A stretch of DNA of 64,000 bases from an uncultured Candidatus Rokubacteria bacterium (GCA_963771355.1 CAVYTA010000006.1:32001-96000); one strand, 5' to 3'. Positions 1-10,430 are shown, counted from the first letter of the stretch. Made by a program: numbers and translations. The notes: generated by a model from the letters alone, not told the origin.

Positions 1-372
1 GTTCTCAACGGAAAGATGATTCTGCAGATTCCACCCGATGGGGACGGTGGTGCCGGCTGCTTTTACGGCAATTTGCAGGTTCAGATTGGTGGTTGCTACG
101 CTGAGTTTGAGATCAGCGACCGGGTCATCGATGCCAAGGTATTTGGCGATGGAAGCATGAAAATCCGCAACGCGGTGCAGAGCCGACAGCGCATCAGACT
201 GGAAGGTGATCCTCCGCAGAGGGACGGATTCGAGCCCGATTTTCGAGGCGCTCGGGAGATCGATTTGTTCATTCACTGTCCCCCTGACGAGCCTGGCGTC
301 CTCCGCGGACGCTTCTCAAGTGAGGTCGGAGGCAACATTTACTCCAAGGCAACCGGAAAGTGGTACAGGTAG
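1..372 (+). CDS. Hypothetical protein, probably 5'-truncated by the window edge
   Basis: Frame is open from base 1 (VLNGKMILQIPP...) to TAG at 370-372; no family recognised. Confidence 0.4.
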   Translation, partial: VLNGKMILQIPPDGDGGAGCFYGNLQVQIGGCYAEFEISDRVIDAKVFGDGSMKIRNAVQSRQRIRLEGDPPQRDGFEPDFRGAREIDLFIHCPPDEPGVLRGRFSSEVGGNIYSKATGKWYR

Positions 373-558
373 GAGGAGAGGCAACATGAACGACCCCCGG
401 AGGCGGTCGCCCCTTCCTTGGGCCCCGTCAACGTGACCTAAGGTGCCAGACTGCTCCAGCCCCGGCGGACCAGCAGCGCCCTTTGGCGTCTGGCCAGAAC
501 TCGATTGTCCTCCTCGCCTGGCCAAGCGCCTGCTCGGGGGCGGAAGAAGGCGGGGACG

Positions 559-801
559 ATGAGGGGATCAGCGGTGATCTGGATCTTCTTGGCGGTCGGC
601 TTCTCCGGCTGCGCAAGCCCGGGTCTGAACCCGGCGCAGCAGCAAGCCGTGGGCGCGTTCAAGGATTGCCAGCGCACGGCGACCACCGCGAACGTTGTCG
701 AGATCTACGAGGACGGGCGGTTCGTGTTCACGGCTCGCCCTGACGACAATCAGCGGATGCTCCAGTGCCTCTCCGACAAGCATGGATACAAGTTCCAGTA
801 G
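559..801 (+). CDS. Small putative lipoprotein
   Basis: ATG 559; signal peptide MRGSAVIWIFLAVG followed by lipobox FSG-C; two further Cys in the mature part. Confidence 0.65.
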   Translation: MRGSAVIWIFLAVGFSGCASPGLNPAQQQAVGAFKDCQRTATTANVVEIYEDGRFVFTARPDDNQRMLQCLSDKHGYKFQ

Positions 802-825
802 GGGCCGTGACGAATGGCGCCCCGC

Positions 826-1215
826 TTAAGTCGGAAGCTGCGCGTGACGCCGGACCACTCCGCACAGCGTGTGGGGGTCGAGCGGTTTCTCGAGAAGTTC
901 CGCGAATCCCTCGGCCAGAAGCTCTTCGCGGCGATCCCGATAGGCGGTAATCGCGATGGCCGGAATGCGAATGCCCTTCTCCTCGGCAAACGCCTTCACT
1001 TCACGGATCAACTCTAGGCCGTCGTCTGGCATCGCGATATCAGTTACTAGAACATGCGGCCGAAGAGTCGCTAGAAGTCGCTTGGCTCTCTCGGCGGACT
1101 CAGCGGCTGTCACCAGTGCACCGCAATACTCGAGGACCATTTGAAGCGCCTCACGCGAGTCGTCGGCATCCTCGACGACTAGCACATGTACGCCAGCTAG
1201 GTCCTGTAAGGCCAT
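826..1215 (-). CDS. Single-domain response regulator (receiver)
   Basis: VLVVED acidic pocket, TDIAMP phospho-Asp, ITAY, EKP conserved Lys. Confidence 0.9.
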   Translation of the reverse strand: MALQDLAGVHVLVVEDADDSREALQMVLEYCGALVTAAESAERAKRLLATLRPHVLVTDIAMPDDGLELIREVKAFAEEKGIRIPAIAITAYRDRREELLAEGFAELLEKPLDPHTLCGVVRRHAQLPT

Positions 1216-1444
1216 CTTGGCAATTTTGTTAAGCAAAGTCTGTGCCGAGCAGGGAAGTCAGCTAGGGGCCCCTTTTGTCTCGCGAAGCCTAGATCGAGAC
1301 CCCGGCGGAGCAGGAATTACCCTGTCAATCGTTCCGTTCTCACCTGTCTACCGAAGAAACTCCGCCTGTAGCGAGCCCGGACAGCGTACGGCCCCCTCTA
1401 GAGGGGGCATACTAGCCTTCCGGCTAGCTGAGGGAGGACCCGTG

Positions 1445-1480
1445 ATGGAGCGACGCACCTTTCTCGCGATCCCAGTGATA
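1445..1480 (+). pseudogene. N-terminal remnant of an ABC substrate-binding protein gene
   Basis: GGGAGG RBS, then ATG GAG CGA CGC ACC TTT CTC = MERRTFL, the same leader type as the SBP at 1956 (TRRAFL). Confidence 0.55.
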
Positions 1481-1523
1481 CCGAGAGAATCACGCTCGAT
1501 TTAGGTCCGAGGAGGACCAGCTC

Positions 1524-1904
1524 ATGATGACTATCGTCACGCATGTACACCTGAAAGAGGCGGCTGGACGTGAGTGGGATGCTGCGATGCGCACTCGTCT
1601 GTCGGCCGCGAAGAAGCGACCGGGGTGGGTGGGAGGACAGATCCTCCGGCCATCCGATAAGCCAGACAGGCGAGTGATCGTCGGCACGTGGAAGACGCGC
1701 GCCGACTGGGAGGCTTGGCATCATGATCCGCAATTCGCAGCGACGCGCGGGCGGCTCGACGGGTTAGAGAGCGAACCAGCCGAGCACTGGTGGCACGAGG
1801 TCGTGCTTGATGTGAGGAAATACGAAGCTGCTCCTCCCGTCGCATCGAAACCAGCAACCAAACGGGCGTCGAAGGTAAAGACGAAGAGAGCGCGACGGCG
1901 CTAG
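1524..1904 (+). CDS. Antibiotic biosynthesis monooxygenase (ABM)-family protein
   Basis: GAGGAGG RBS; PGWVGGQILR and VIVGTWKTRADWEAW ABM pattern; basic low-complexity tail. Confidence 0.8.
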   Translation: MMTIVTHVHLKEAAGREWDAAMRTRLSAAKKRPGWVGGQILRPSDKPDRRVIVGTWKTRADWEAWHHDPQFAATRGRLDGLESEPAEHWWHEVVLDVRKYEAAPPVASKPATKRASKVKTKRARRR

Positions 1905-1955
1905 GCCCTGACTGTGCGGTCGTCGGTGGTGACCCGAGCGGATCAGGTGATCGAG
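1898..1955 (+). pseudogene. C-terminal remnant of an ABC substrate-binding protein gene
   Basis: Reads ALG/LTVRSSVVTRADQVIE, matching ALGLTIPPSVLA-RADQVIE at 2888-2945; exact 18-bp repeat gcggatcaggtgatcgag at 1938 and 2928. Confidence 0.7.
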
Positions 1956-2948
1956 GTGACCACGCGACGGGCGTTCCTCTGCACACTGGCCGGCGCCCTT
2001 CTCGCTGCGCCACTCGCCGCCGAGGCGCAACGATCGGCGAAGGTGTACAGAATCGGGTTGCTTATTCCCGCGCCCGCGCCCGCTCCGGGGCTTATGCCAC
2101 CGATCATTGTTCCTGTGTTTCTGGCTGGCATGCGAGAGAGGGGTTGGTTGGAGAACCAGGGATTCGTGCTCGAGCCTCGGTACGCTGAGGGTAAGGTCGA
2201 GCGTCTGCCTGACCTTGCCGCGGAGCTGGTTCGCCATTCAAGGAGACATGATCGTCACATGGGCACGCCTGCTGCCATGGCGGCCAAGCAAGCGACCACG
2301 ACTATTCCGGTCGTATTCGGTCTCGTGGGGGATCCTGTCGCCTCCGGTCTGGTACCGAACCTCGCGCGGCCGGGCGGGAACGTCACTGGGATGTCGCTCC
2401 ATCTTCCAGAAGTCCTCGGAAAAGCGCTCGAGATACTCAAAGAGGCGCTCCCACGTGCCGAGCTGGTCGTGATGACGCGAGATCCTGACAATCGAGCGCA
2501 AAACCTCGCCGATGCGCACGCAGACGCCCTTGCCAAAGCCCGCGATATCCGACTTCATCGAGTCGATGTACGTCACGTGTCCGACTACGAGGCCGCGTTC
2601 AAAATGGCGGTTAAACAACGGGCCGATGCCGTGCTCGTCACCCCTCAACTTCCTCTGCCTAAGCAGATGGCGGACTTTTCCGTAAGCCATCGTTTGCCCA
2701 TCATGACAATGATCACCGGTCCCGGATCACAGGTCGGCCAGTTTATGATCTACGGCCCCAAATTCGGTGATCAGGTGCATCGCGTAACGGGCTACGTGGA
2801 TCGGATCCTGAAGGGCGCGAGACCGGCCGACCTGCCGGTCGGGCAGGCGGATCGCTTCGGCACACCGGGAACCTCAAGACGGCCAAGGCGCTCGGCCTCA
2901 CGATCCCGCCGTCGGTGCTGGCAGCGGGCGGATCAGGTGATCGAGTGA
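1956..2948 (+). CDS. ABC transporter substrate-binding protein (ABC_sub_bind type), with compensating indels near 2235-2262 and 2860-2925
   Basis: TRRAFL...LAAPLAAEAQ leader, TTTIPVVF, DPVASGLVPNLARPGGNVTG, YVDRILKGARPADLPV; NLKTAKALGLTIPPSVL present in an alternate frame; ends ADQVIE*. Confidence 0.88.
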   Translation: MTTRRAFLCTLAGALLAAPLAAEAQRSAKVYRIGLLIPAPAPAPGLMPPIIVPVFLAGMRERGWLENQGFVLEPRYAEGKVERLPDLAAELVRHSRRHDRHMGTPAAMAAKQATTTIPVVFGLVGDPVASGLVPNLARPGGNVTGMSLHLPEVLGKALEILKEALPRAELVVMTRDPDNRAQNLADAHADALAKARDIRLHRVDVRHVSDYEAAFKMAVKQRADAVLVTPQLPLPKQMADFSVSHRLPIMTMITGPGSQVGQFMIYGPKFGDQVHRVTGYVDRILKGARPADLPVGQADRFGTPGTSRRPRRSASRSRRRCWQRADQVIE

Positions 2949-3002
2949 TGGACCGGCGCGGATTTCTGCTCTGGGCTACGGCCAGCTGGGCTAGGCGAGG
3001 GT

Positions 3003-3402
3003 TTAGCCCACGCGGTTCCACCGTATCGGGCAAGCACCTATAGAATGTCCACAGACGGGCCCCGTCGAATAGGCCCCCGGTAAACGAGGTCTTGACCGCT
3101 AGATGATCCGCGCCGAGGCCGAGACGCTGAACCTCTATCTTGCGCTCCCTGTCGCTCGGGTAGGACGAACGGAGTATGCCCGCCAGGTGCTCAGCCTTCG
3201 CAGAAGCATCCGAGAAACAGGCCGACTTGCTGTCGAAGGCCGCTATGCGACGCCATGCCTTCTTATCCTCTGTGACGAGTCCTGACTCCGTCGCAACCTC
3301 TTGACTCCACAAGACCCATAGACTCTCGGCAACGACCGACGTGGCGAAGGTGAGCAGGCAGCAGAGCATAGTGAGCATCATGCACGGCCAGCGTCTAATC
3401 AT
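3003..3402 (-). CDS. Secreted hypothetical protein of the WVLW...CLPDTVxPRG type; 3' end uncertain (stop apparently lost)
   Basis: GGAGG RBS, signal peptide, LWVLWS near the N-terminus and YRCLPDTVEPRG terminus; computed ORF runs on antisense into the SBP gene. Confidence 0.65.
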
Positions 3403-3526
3403 CGAGGTTCCTCCCGCTTATCGCGCGCACCATCTGTGCCCCGCTGAGCACCACTGGAACGCGGAGAGGCTCAGGAAGCTCGCCGCGGCTCTTAGTGGAG
3501 TGGCGGGGTGTAGAGGAACCGACGGG

Positions 3527-5170
3527 CTACGCTCTCATCGCCAGCTCGCGGTAGCCGTCCGCGGCCACGCGGTCGCCCCACTCGCGGTACTCTGGCGCGG
3601 TGCCGCTGTAGCGGGCGATGATGCGGACGTTCTTGCCCTCGACGTTCATGTTGACGCCGGTCATCCAGGAGTCGACCTCGTTGGCGAGCAAACCCTCGCC
3701 CTTCTTCTTGACGAAGGCGGTCCACTCCTCCACGGCGTCCCGTCGGGCGTCGGCGACGCGCAGGCTACGCCGCTCCAGGTAGCCGAGCAGGTCGCGGATC
3801 CACTCGACGTTGTACTCGATGCTGCGCGGGATGTTGCCGAGGGCGGTGTGGGGACCCATGACCATGAACAGGTTGGGGAAGCCGTCGATCATGACGCCCA
3901 TGAAGGTTTCGAGGCCGCCCTTCCACCGCTCCTTGAGCTTCTGGCCGCCGACGCCGCGGATGTCGATGCGGTCCAGGCTGCCGGTGATGGCGTCGAAGCC
4001 CGTGGCGAAGACGAGGATGTCGAAGGCGAACTCGCGATCGCTGGTCCGCAGGCCGGTCGCCGTGATGCGCTCGATGGGGGTCTCGAGGATGCTGACCAGC
4101 TCGACGTTGGGCTGGTTGTAGACCTCGTAGTAGCCGCTCTCCTGCGGCACCCGGCGCGTGCCGAACCCATGGTCCTTCGGGATCAGCAGCTCCGCCACCC
4201 TGGGGTTCTTCACCCGCTGGCGGATCTTGTCCGCCACGAAGGCGGAGAAGAGCGCGTTCGCCTCGCGATCGACCAGCATGTCGCGGAAGTTGCCGAGCCA
4301 GATGGCGAAGCCGGGCGAGGAGTAGAGCATCTCCCAGAAGGCCTCGCGCTCCTCCGGGCTCACTTCGAACGTACCCCGCGGGTCGGTCGTGTGCAGGAAG
4401 CAGGCGGCCGTCTCCCGGCACCGCTGGAAGAGCGCCGGATAGCCCTTGCGGATCTCGGCCATCTCCGCGTTGGTGATAGGCCGGTTGTGCAGCGGCGTGC
4501 ACCAGTTCGGGCGGCGCTGGAAGACGGTCAGGTGGCCCGCGGTCTTCGCGATCTCGGTGATGACCTGCACGCCGGTGGCGCCGGTGCCGATGACGGCCAC
4601 GCGCTTTCCGGCGAAGGACACGGGATGCTTCGGCCAGAGACCGGTGTGGTAGGCCTCGCCCCGGAAGTCCTCGACGCCCGCGAGCCGCGGCAGGGTCGGG
4701 GCAGAGAGCGGGCCGACCGCAGTGACCAGGTGGCGCGATCGGCAGCGGCGGCCATCTTCCGTCGTGATTTCCCAGGCGAGGTGGCCGTCGTCCCAGGTCG
4801 CGGCTTTCACCCGGCTCCGGAGCTGGATGTCCCGGCGGAGGTCGAACTTGTCGGCGACGTGATTGAGGTAGCGCTCGGTTTCCGGCTGGGGCGCGAAGTG
4901 CTCCGTCCAGTTCCACTCATCGAGCAGCTCCTGGTTGAACGAGTAGCCGTAGGAGTAGCTCTCGGAGTCGAAGCGGCAGCCGGGGTAGCGGTTCCAGTAC
5001 CAGGTGCCGCCGACTCCGGTGCCCGCTTCGAACACGCGGACGTTCTGGCCCAGTTCCCGCAGGCGGTAAAGCTGGTAGAGGCCCGAGATGCCGGCGCCGA
5101 TCACAATGGTGTCATAGTCGAGGCCCGGGGCGGACTCCCTCCGGGTCGGCAGCTCGGACGAGGTGGGCAT
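3527..5170 (-). CDS. Baeyer-Villiger (cyclohexanone-type) flavin monooxygenase
   Basis: GAGISG, GGTWYWNRYPG, BVMO fingerprint FRGEAYHTGLWP, second GTGATG, ATGF. Confidence 0.95.
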   Translation of the reverse strand: MPTSSELPTRRESAPGLDYDTIVIGAGISGLYQLYRLRELGQNVRVFEAGTGVGGTWYWNRYPGCRFDSESYSYGYSFNQELLDEWNWTEHFAPQPETERYLNHVADKFDLRRDIQLRSRVKAATWDDGHLAWEITTEDGRRCRSRHLVTAVGPLSAPTLPRLAGVEDFRGEAYHTGLWPKHPVSFAGKRVAVIGTGATGVQVITEIAKTAGHLTVFQRRPNWCTPLHNRPITNAEMAEIRKGYPALFQRCRETAACFLHTTDPRGTFEVSPEEREAFWEMLYSSPGFAIWLGNFRDMLVDREANALFSAFVADKIRQRVKNPRVAELLIPKDHGFGTRRVPQESGYYEVYNQPNVELVSILETPIERITATGLRTSDREFAFDILVFATGFDAITGSLDRIDIRGVGGQKLKERWKGGLETFMGVMIDGFPNLFMVMGPHTALGNIPRSIEYNVEWIRDLLGYLERRSLRVADARRDAVEEWTAFVKKKGEGLLANEVDSWMTGVNMNVEGKNVRIIARYSGTAPEYREWGDRVAADGYRELAMRA

Positions 5171-5596
5171 GGACTATCGTACACTGGGGACGTCGCGTTC
5201 CACGACCGAACGCCGAGCTCCCAAATCGTCGAGCTATCCGCCCGGATGCGTCCCTTGATCTTCCTGATGTCCGACTGGGACGCCACTCTCGCGCGACTCA
5301 GAAGCGAAACGGCAGTCCCGTAGCGATGGTCTCCGACGTTCGGCACGGCACGGTGGTACCGTGCTCTCGAGGAACAGGTCCCAGTGCCGGAGCAGCGTGA
5401 CGGACCGGCGGCGTTCAGCCGCGCTGCCCGCGCTCCTCCTGGTCGCCGCGGTCGGTGCTCAGACCTATGGGTTGTACATCTGCGGCTTCGGGCTCCGACA
5501 TCAATCCGGCCGAGGCACGCTCTTCGACGATAGACTGACGCTGGGACCGGCGACACCTGAGCGCACTCTCAGCGATCGGAAGGAGGCGGCGACATC

Positions 5597-7141
5597 ATGA
5601 GGCTGCTAGCCGTGCATCCCAGCGGTCTGATGTATTCCAAGATCTATCTCCGCCTCGAGCCGCTCGGGCTCGAGCTCGTGGCCGCTGCGGCGCGGCGCGG
5701 CGGTCACGAGGTCGAGCTGATCGACCTGCAGGTCGAGACCGAGGCGGACTATTTCCGGCTGCTCGACCGCTGGCAGCCCGATGCGGTGGCTTTCTCTCTC
5801 AACTACCTCGCCAATGTGCCCGAGGTCCTCGACCTCGCCAAGGCGACGCGCGAGCGCCGGCCCGGCTGCTTCATCTTCGCCGGCGGCCACAGCGGCTCCT
5901 TCACGGCCGATGAGCTCCTCCGTCACGGCGACGGCGCGCTTGACTGCGTGCTGCGCGGAGAGGGCGAGGCCTCGATCGTTCTGCTGCTCGAGGCGGCGGC
6001 TCACGGCCGGAGCGCGCTCGAACAGGTGCCCGGCGCAGTCACGCTCGACGGGGAGGGACCGGCGCCCATCTTCGTGCAGCACCTCGACGACCTGCTGCCC
6101 GCCCGCGACCTGCTGCGCCACCGGTCCAGGTACTATATCGGCCAGCTCGACCCGTGCGCGTCGATCGAGTTCAGCCGCGGCTGCCCGTGGGATTGCACCT
6201 TCTGCAGCGCGTGGACCTTCTACGGGCGCAACTACCGCACGAAGACACCCGAGCGGGCGGTCGAGGAGATCGAGCAGATCCGGGAGCCTGGTCTGTTCAT
6301 CCTGGACGACGTTGCCTTCATCCAGGCGGAGCACGGCATGGCCATCGGCGAGGCTATCGCCCGGAAAGGCATCCAGAAGCAGTACTGGCTCGAGACCCGG
6401 GCCGATGTGCTGCTGCGCAACAAGGAGGTCTTCCAGCTCTGGTCGCGCATCGGGCTCCAGATCATGTTCATCGGCATCGAGGCCATCGACGAGGAGGGCC
6501 TCAAGAAGTTCCGCAAGCGCGTCAGCTCCGTCAAGAACTTTGAGGCGCTCGAGTTCGCGCGCGGCATGGGCATCGACGTGGCGATCAACATCATCGCCGA
6601 CCCCGACTGGGATCGCGAGCGCTTCCGGGTCATCCGGGAGTGGTGCCTGGAGATCCCCGAGATCGTGAACATCAGCGTCAATACCCCTTATCCGGGGACC
6701 GAGACATGGTCCACGGAGGGGCGCAAGCTGGTGACCCGCGATTACCGCCTCTTCGATATCCAGCACGCGGTGCTCCCCACGAAGATGCCGCTGCCCGAGT
6801 TCTACGCGGAGCTGGTGCGGACGCAACAGGTGCTGAATCGCAAGCATCTCGGGGCGAGGCAGATCTGGGGCATGGCCAGGACCGTCGCACGTCTCCTTGC
6901 CCATGGTCAGACGAACTTCCTCAAGATGCTCTTCAAGTTCAATAGCGTCTATGATCCGAGGCTGCAGATGGCGGACCACGCGCGACCGGTCCGGTACGAG
7001 ATCTCGCTGCCACCGGAGCCGCGGGCCAAGGTCGACCCGATCGCGCTCTACGTCCACAAGAGCCAGGGCCGGCGCGGCCGTCAAATCGACAATGCCACCG
7101 AGCGATTCGTCGAGGACACGCGCATGGGCGTGGTCGATTAG
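5597..7141 (+). CDS. hpnR: Hopanoid C-3 methylase (B12-binding radical SAM)
   Basis: N-terminus LAVHPSGLMYSKIYLRLEPLGLE recognised as HpnR-type; B12-binding domain with GGHS; CPWDCTFC radical SAM motif; AAGGAGG RBS. Confidence 0.88.
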   Translation: MRLLAVHPSGLMYSKIYLRLEPLGLELVAAAARRGGHEVELIDLQVETEADYFRLLDRWQPDAVAFSLNYLANVPEVLDLAKATRERRPGCFIFAGGHSGSFTADELLRHGDGALDCVLRGEGEASIVLLLEAAAHGRSALEQVPGAVTLDGEGPAPIFVQHLDDLLPARDLLRHRSRYYIGQLDPCASIEFSRGCPWDCTFCSAWTFYGRNYRTKTPERAVEEIEQIREPGLFILDDVAFIQAEHGMAIGEAIARKGIQKQYWLETRADVLLRNKEVFQLWSRIGLQIMFIGIEAIDEEGLKKFRKRVSSVKNFEALEFARGMGIDVAINIIADPDWDRERFRVIREWCLEIPEIVNISVNTPYPGTETWSTEGRKLVTRDYRLFDIQHAVLPTKMPLPEFYAELVRTQQVLNRKHLGARQIWGMARTVARLLAHGQTNFLKMLFKFNSVYDPRLQMADHARPVRYEISLPPEPRAKVDPIALYVHKSQGRRGRQIDNATERFVEDTRMGVVD

Positions 7142-7156
7142 CCGCACGCGCTAGGA

Positions 7157-7185
7157 GCCCCTCGCCGACAAGCAGCGCGAGGGGC
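7157..7185 (+). terminator. GC-rich hairpin after hpnR, possible terminator between convergent genes
   Basis: gcccctcgc (7157-7165) pairs with gcgaggggc (7177-7185); no clear U-tract. Confidence 0.35.
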
Positions 7186-7327
7186 GACCACCGCGATCCT
7201 GCCGCCCGGGGTCATTGCTTCCCGGCAATTTGTGAGTATCTTGATGCAGCGCTCGTCATCCCAGTCCTACCCATCATGCCCACGTCGTCCTTCGTGCTCG
7301 GCGTGTGGCTGAGCGCAACGGCGGCCC

Positions 7328-8506
7328 CTAGAGACTTCCGTCGGGCGTGCGACCGCCGGCGATCGCCTGGAGCTGCTCCGCCGTGAAGGGTGGCTGGAAC
7401 AGCGCGGCGTTCTCGTGCTGCTGGCGGAAGAGGTCGAGGATCATGTGCATACGGTCGGCCAGATCCGCCCAGTCCTCGGCGCCCGAGCCGCGCAGGGAGT
7501 CCAAGGTCGGATCCACCGTCGTCACGAACGCGACGGCCTCGGGGTCGTCGAGCTTCGCGAGGTGCTCGGGGAAGCTCCCGGTGAGATCCGTCCCGAGGCG
7601 GAGCGTGCGCCCTTCGGGCAGCGCGAACATCATCAGCTCTTCCGTGACGATCCGCCGCACGACGGCGCGAAGCGGCTCGAGTAGCCGGCCGGAGACCTCG
7701 CCGAGCATGTGCTGCGAGCGGGGAACCCGGGCCAGCCGACCGGAGAACAGCGTCTCGGAGAGACGGCGGCCGACCGCGACCGGGTCCGGGATCGGCGCAT
7801 TGAGAGCATCGGCGATCTCCGGTTGGAGCCGTGTCTGCTCGTGCAGCCCGATGCGGACGTTGGCCAGGAACATCAGCTGGGCCCGCGTCTTCGGGTCGGT
7901 GAGTCGGCGCGCCCGATGGTAGTCACGGAAGGCCCCCGCCAGCAGGCGCTGACCCTCGGGTGGGTCTCCCGGGCGCAAGCGTTCCAGGAAACCCTCGACC
8001 GCCGCGTCGTCGTCCCGGGCCCTCAGGATGGGCACGAAGCGAGCGAACTCCGCACCGATCTCGTCGAACACCTTCTTGTTCCCCCTGGCCACGGCGTCGG
8101 CGACGCGGGCGATGCTCAGCAGCGGGGCGCACGCGTCGCGGAGGGCGCTGAGCACCGTGGTCGCGTCGACGGCCCGGCCAGCGGCCCGCCGAAAGTCGCG
8201 GATCCGATCGACGACGACATGGACGGCCGCGGACGTCGCGAACGTCTCCTCGATCTTTCGCCCGAGGTCCTCCCCACGGATGGTCTGGCCAGCCTGCTTG
8301 GACGCCCACGTGGCAAACGTGCACCAGTTGGCGCCGGACCCGAGGGTCGCGCCCGTCGCCGTCGCCAGCTCGTGGTAGGCCTGTGTGATCCTCAGGTTAC
8401 GCAGGAGGGGAGAGGCGCACGCCCCGATGGCTTCGACGTCCGCGACCGACGGGACCCGGGCCCGGGCACCGTCCATCGACCCGCGGCCGGGCTCGGCGAC
8501 ATCCAT
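7328..8506 (-). CDS. Conserved hypothetical protein
   Basis: 392-aa ORF with protein-like motifs (NWCTFATWASKQAG, GLHEQTRLQPEI, DWADLADRM); function not recognised. Confidence 0.75.
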   Translation of the reverse strand: MDVAEPGRGSMDGARARVPSVADVEAIGACASPLLRNLRITQAYHELATATGATLGSGANWCTFATWASKQAGQTIRGEDLGRKIEETFATSAAVHVVVDRIRDFRRAAGRAVDATTVLSALRDACAPLLSIARVADAVARGNKKVFDEIGAEFARFVPILRARDDDAAVEGFLERLRPGDPPEGQRLLAGAFRDYHRARRLTDPKTRAQLMFLANVRIGLHEQTRLQPEIADALNAPIPDPVAVGRRLSETLFSGRLARVPRSQHMLGEVSGRLLEPLRAVVRRIVTEELMMFALPEGRTLRLGTDLTGSFPEHLAKLDDPEAVAFVTTVDPTLDSLRGSGAEDWADLADRMHMILDLFRQQHENAALFQPPFTAEQLQAIAGGRTPDGSL

Positions 8507-8615
8507 CGACTACGTCTCCCGTCGGAAGCGCTTGGACACGACGCACTCCCCGAGCGTTGGCTCCGCGATGGCCCTTTGACCCCGAGACGATCTTGCGCCG
8601 TCAGCAGACTCGGGG

Positions 8616-9634
8616 TCAAGAAGCTACGGTCAGCACCACGCGAAACCGCGCTCTCCCGCTGATCATCTGGTCGTATGCTTCGGCGGCATTTTCCATAGGG
8701 TAGCGCTCGATCATGGGGCGGACCCCGGTCAAGGCGCTGAACTGCAGCGTGTCCTCGGAGTCCTTGGCGGTGCCGGACGGCCAGCCCTGGATGGAGCGCC
8801 GCGCCAAGATGAGCTGGGGCGGGTTGATCGAGAGCGGTTCCGGTGGGACTCCCACGATACCAGCTTCCCCCCCGGCGCCAGGCCGTCGATCAGGGCGGAG
8901 ATGGATTTGGCATCGGGTGCGGTCGCCAGGATCACGCGCGCGCCTCCGAGCCTCTGGATGGCTTCGGCCGGCGTGCCCGCGCTGGTGTCGATGTATTCGT
9001 GCGCACCCAGTTTTCTGGCCAGGGGCTCCTTGTCCCCGCCACGCCCGATGGCGACGGTCCGGAAGCCCATCCGGCGGGCGCACTGAATCCCGAGATGGCC
9101 CAGGCCTCCGATGCCCTGGACCGCAACCAGATCGCCCGGCCTCGCCCCGGAATTTCGGAGCGGGTTGTACACGGTGACGCCGGCGCAAAGGAGAGGGGCG
9201 GCCTCCTCGGCGGAGAGGTCGTCCGGGATCGCGGCCACGGCCTCGGCGGGCGCGATCATGTATTCGGCGTAGCCGCCATCGAAGCTGATGGAGGTGATTT
9301 TCTCGAACCGGCAGAGAATGAAATCACCTCTCCGGCAGGCATCGCACGTGAAGCAATGCCCGCCGTGCCAGCCGACGCCCACGCGCTGGCCGGCCTTCCA
9401 GTGGGCCACGTCCGTGCCGACGGCATCGACGCGCCCGGCGATCTCGTGGCCGGGCACGCGGGGATATTGCAGGCCCGGCCAGAGCCCATCCTTGACCATG
9501 ACATCGCTGTGGCAGATCCCGCAGGCCTCCACCTTGATGCGCACTTGCCCGCGGCCGGGCTCCGGGATGGGGCGCTCGACCAGCTCCAGCGGGCCGCCGG
9601 GCTTGCTCACTTGCACCGTCTTCATCAGAGCCAT
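8616..9634 (-). CDS. Zinc-dependent alcohol dehydrogenase (frameshift near 8857)
   Basis: CGICHSD, PGHE, CxxCxxC structural Zn, GIGGLG; C-terminus (ARFRVVLT) in the 8616..9188 frame. Confidence 0.92.
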
Positions 9635-9809
9635 GTTGTGCTCCCTTCCTTTCGCTCTGGGGTGGCGTCACCAGCGTGTGATCCGGAGCGGTCGCGACTT
9701 TTGCCCTTACGACGCAGCGCTTCAGGGGGTGGATTCCGTGTCCGCGGCCTCTAGCGGCGTCAAGTACACTGAGATCTAGCGGCACCACTTCGTAACTCGC
9801 ACAGAGATT

Positions 9810-10430
9810 ATGTCCCAGTTACCGCTCTTCGACAGAGGGAGTGAGACCGTGCTCGTCGACGACGAGCGAGGGCGATTCGTCCATATGCCGGACTTCGCGC
9901 CGGATGAGGTGGCCCTGGCCTGGTTTTCCGAGCTGCGCGAGTCCGTGCCGTGGAAGACGCAACGTCGCCGGATGTACGATCGCGAGGTGGACGTGCCGCG
10001 GCTACTTGCTCATTTCCATCTGTCGCCAGAGGATGGTCGCGCTCCGGACCCGATTCGCGTTGCGGCAGGTCGGGTGGTCGCCGCGACCGGTGTGTCCTTC
10101 AATAGCGTGGGCCTCAACTTCTACCGTGACGGCCGCGACAGCGTGGCGCCGCACAGTGACCACCGGGACGAGATCCTCCCGGGTTTTCCGATCGCGCTGC
10201 TGTCCTTGGGCGCCACTCGCCGCATGACCATCCGCGCGAAGAATCCGCCCAGGCGTGCGATCCATGTTGACCTCGCGGCCGGCAGCCTCCTGCTGATGAG
10301 CTACGAGACGCAACTGCACTACACGCACGGCATCCCCAAGACCAACGAGCCCGTCGGTCCGCGCATCAGCCTGGCGTTTCGCGTGAAACCCACGCGGGAT
10401 CCCGCGGAAGGGGAGGGCGTCTACCGTTGA
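9810..10430 (+). CDS. AlkB-family 2-oxoglutarate/Fe(II) dioxygenase
   Basis: NFYRDGRDSVAPHSD (HxD), HGIPK, RISLAFR. Confidence 0.92.
   Translation: MSQLPLFDRGSETVLVDDERGRFVHMPDFAPDEVALAWFSELRESVPWKTQRRRMYDREVDVPRLLAHFHLSPEDGRAPDPIRVAAGRVVAATGVSFNSVGLNFYRDGRDSVAPHSDHRDEILPGFPIALLSLGATRRMTIRAKNPPRRAIHVDLAAGSLLLMSYETQLHYTHGIPKTNEPVGPRISLAFRVKPTRDPAEGEGVYR

Noticed and set aside
3341..5323. 660-aa + strand ORF and similar long antisense ORFs (5606..7147, 12524..13777, 56885..58909, 58925..60490, 62431..63939)
   Set aside because: Shadow ORFs opposite well-supported genes, expected at high GC
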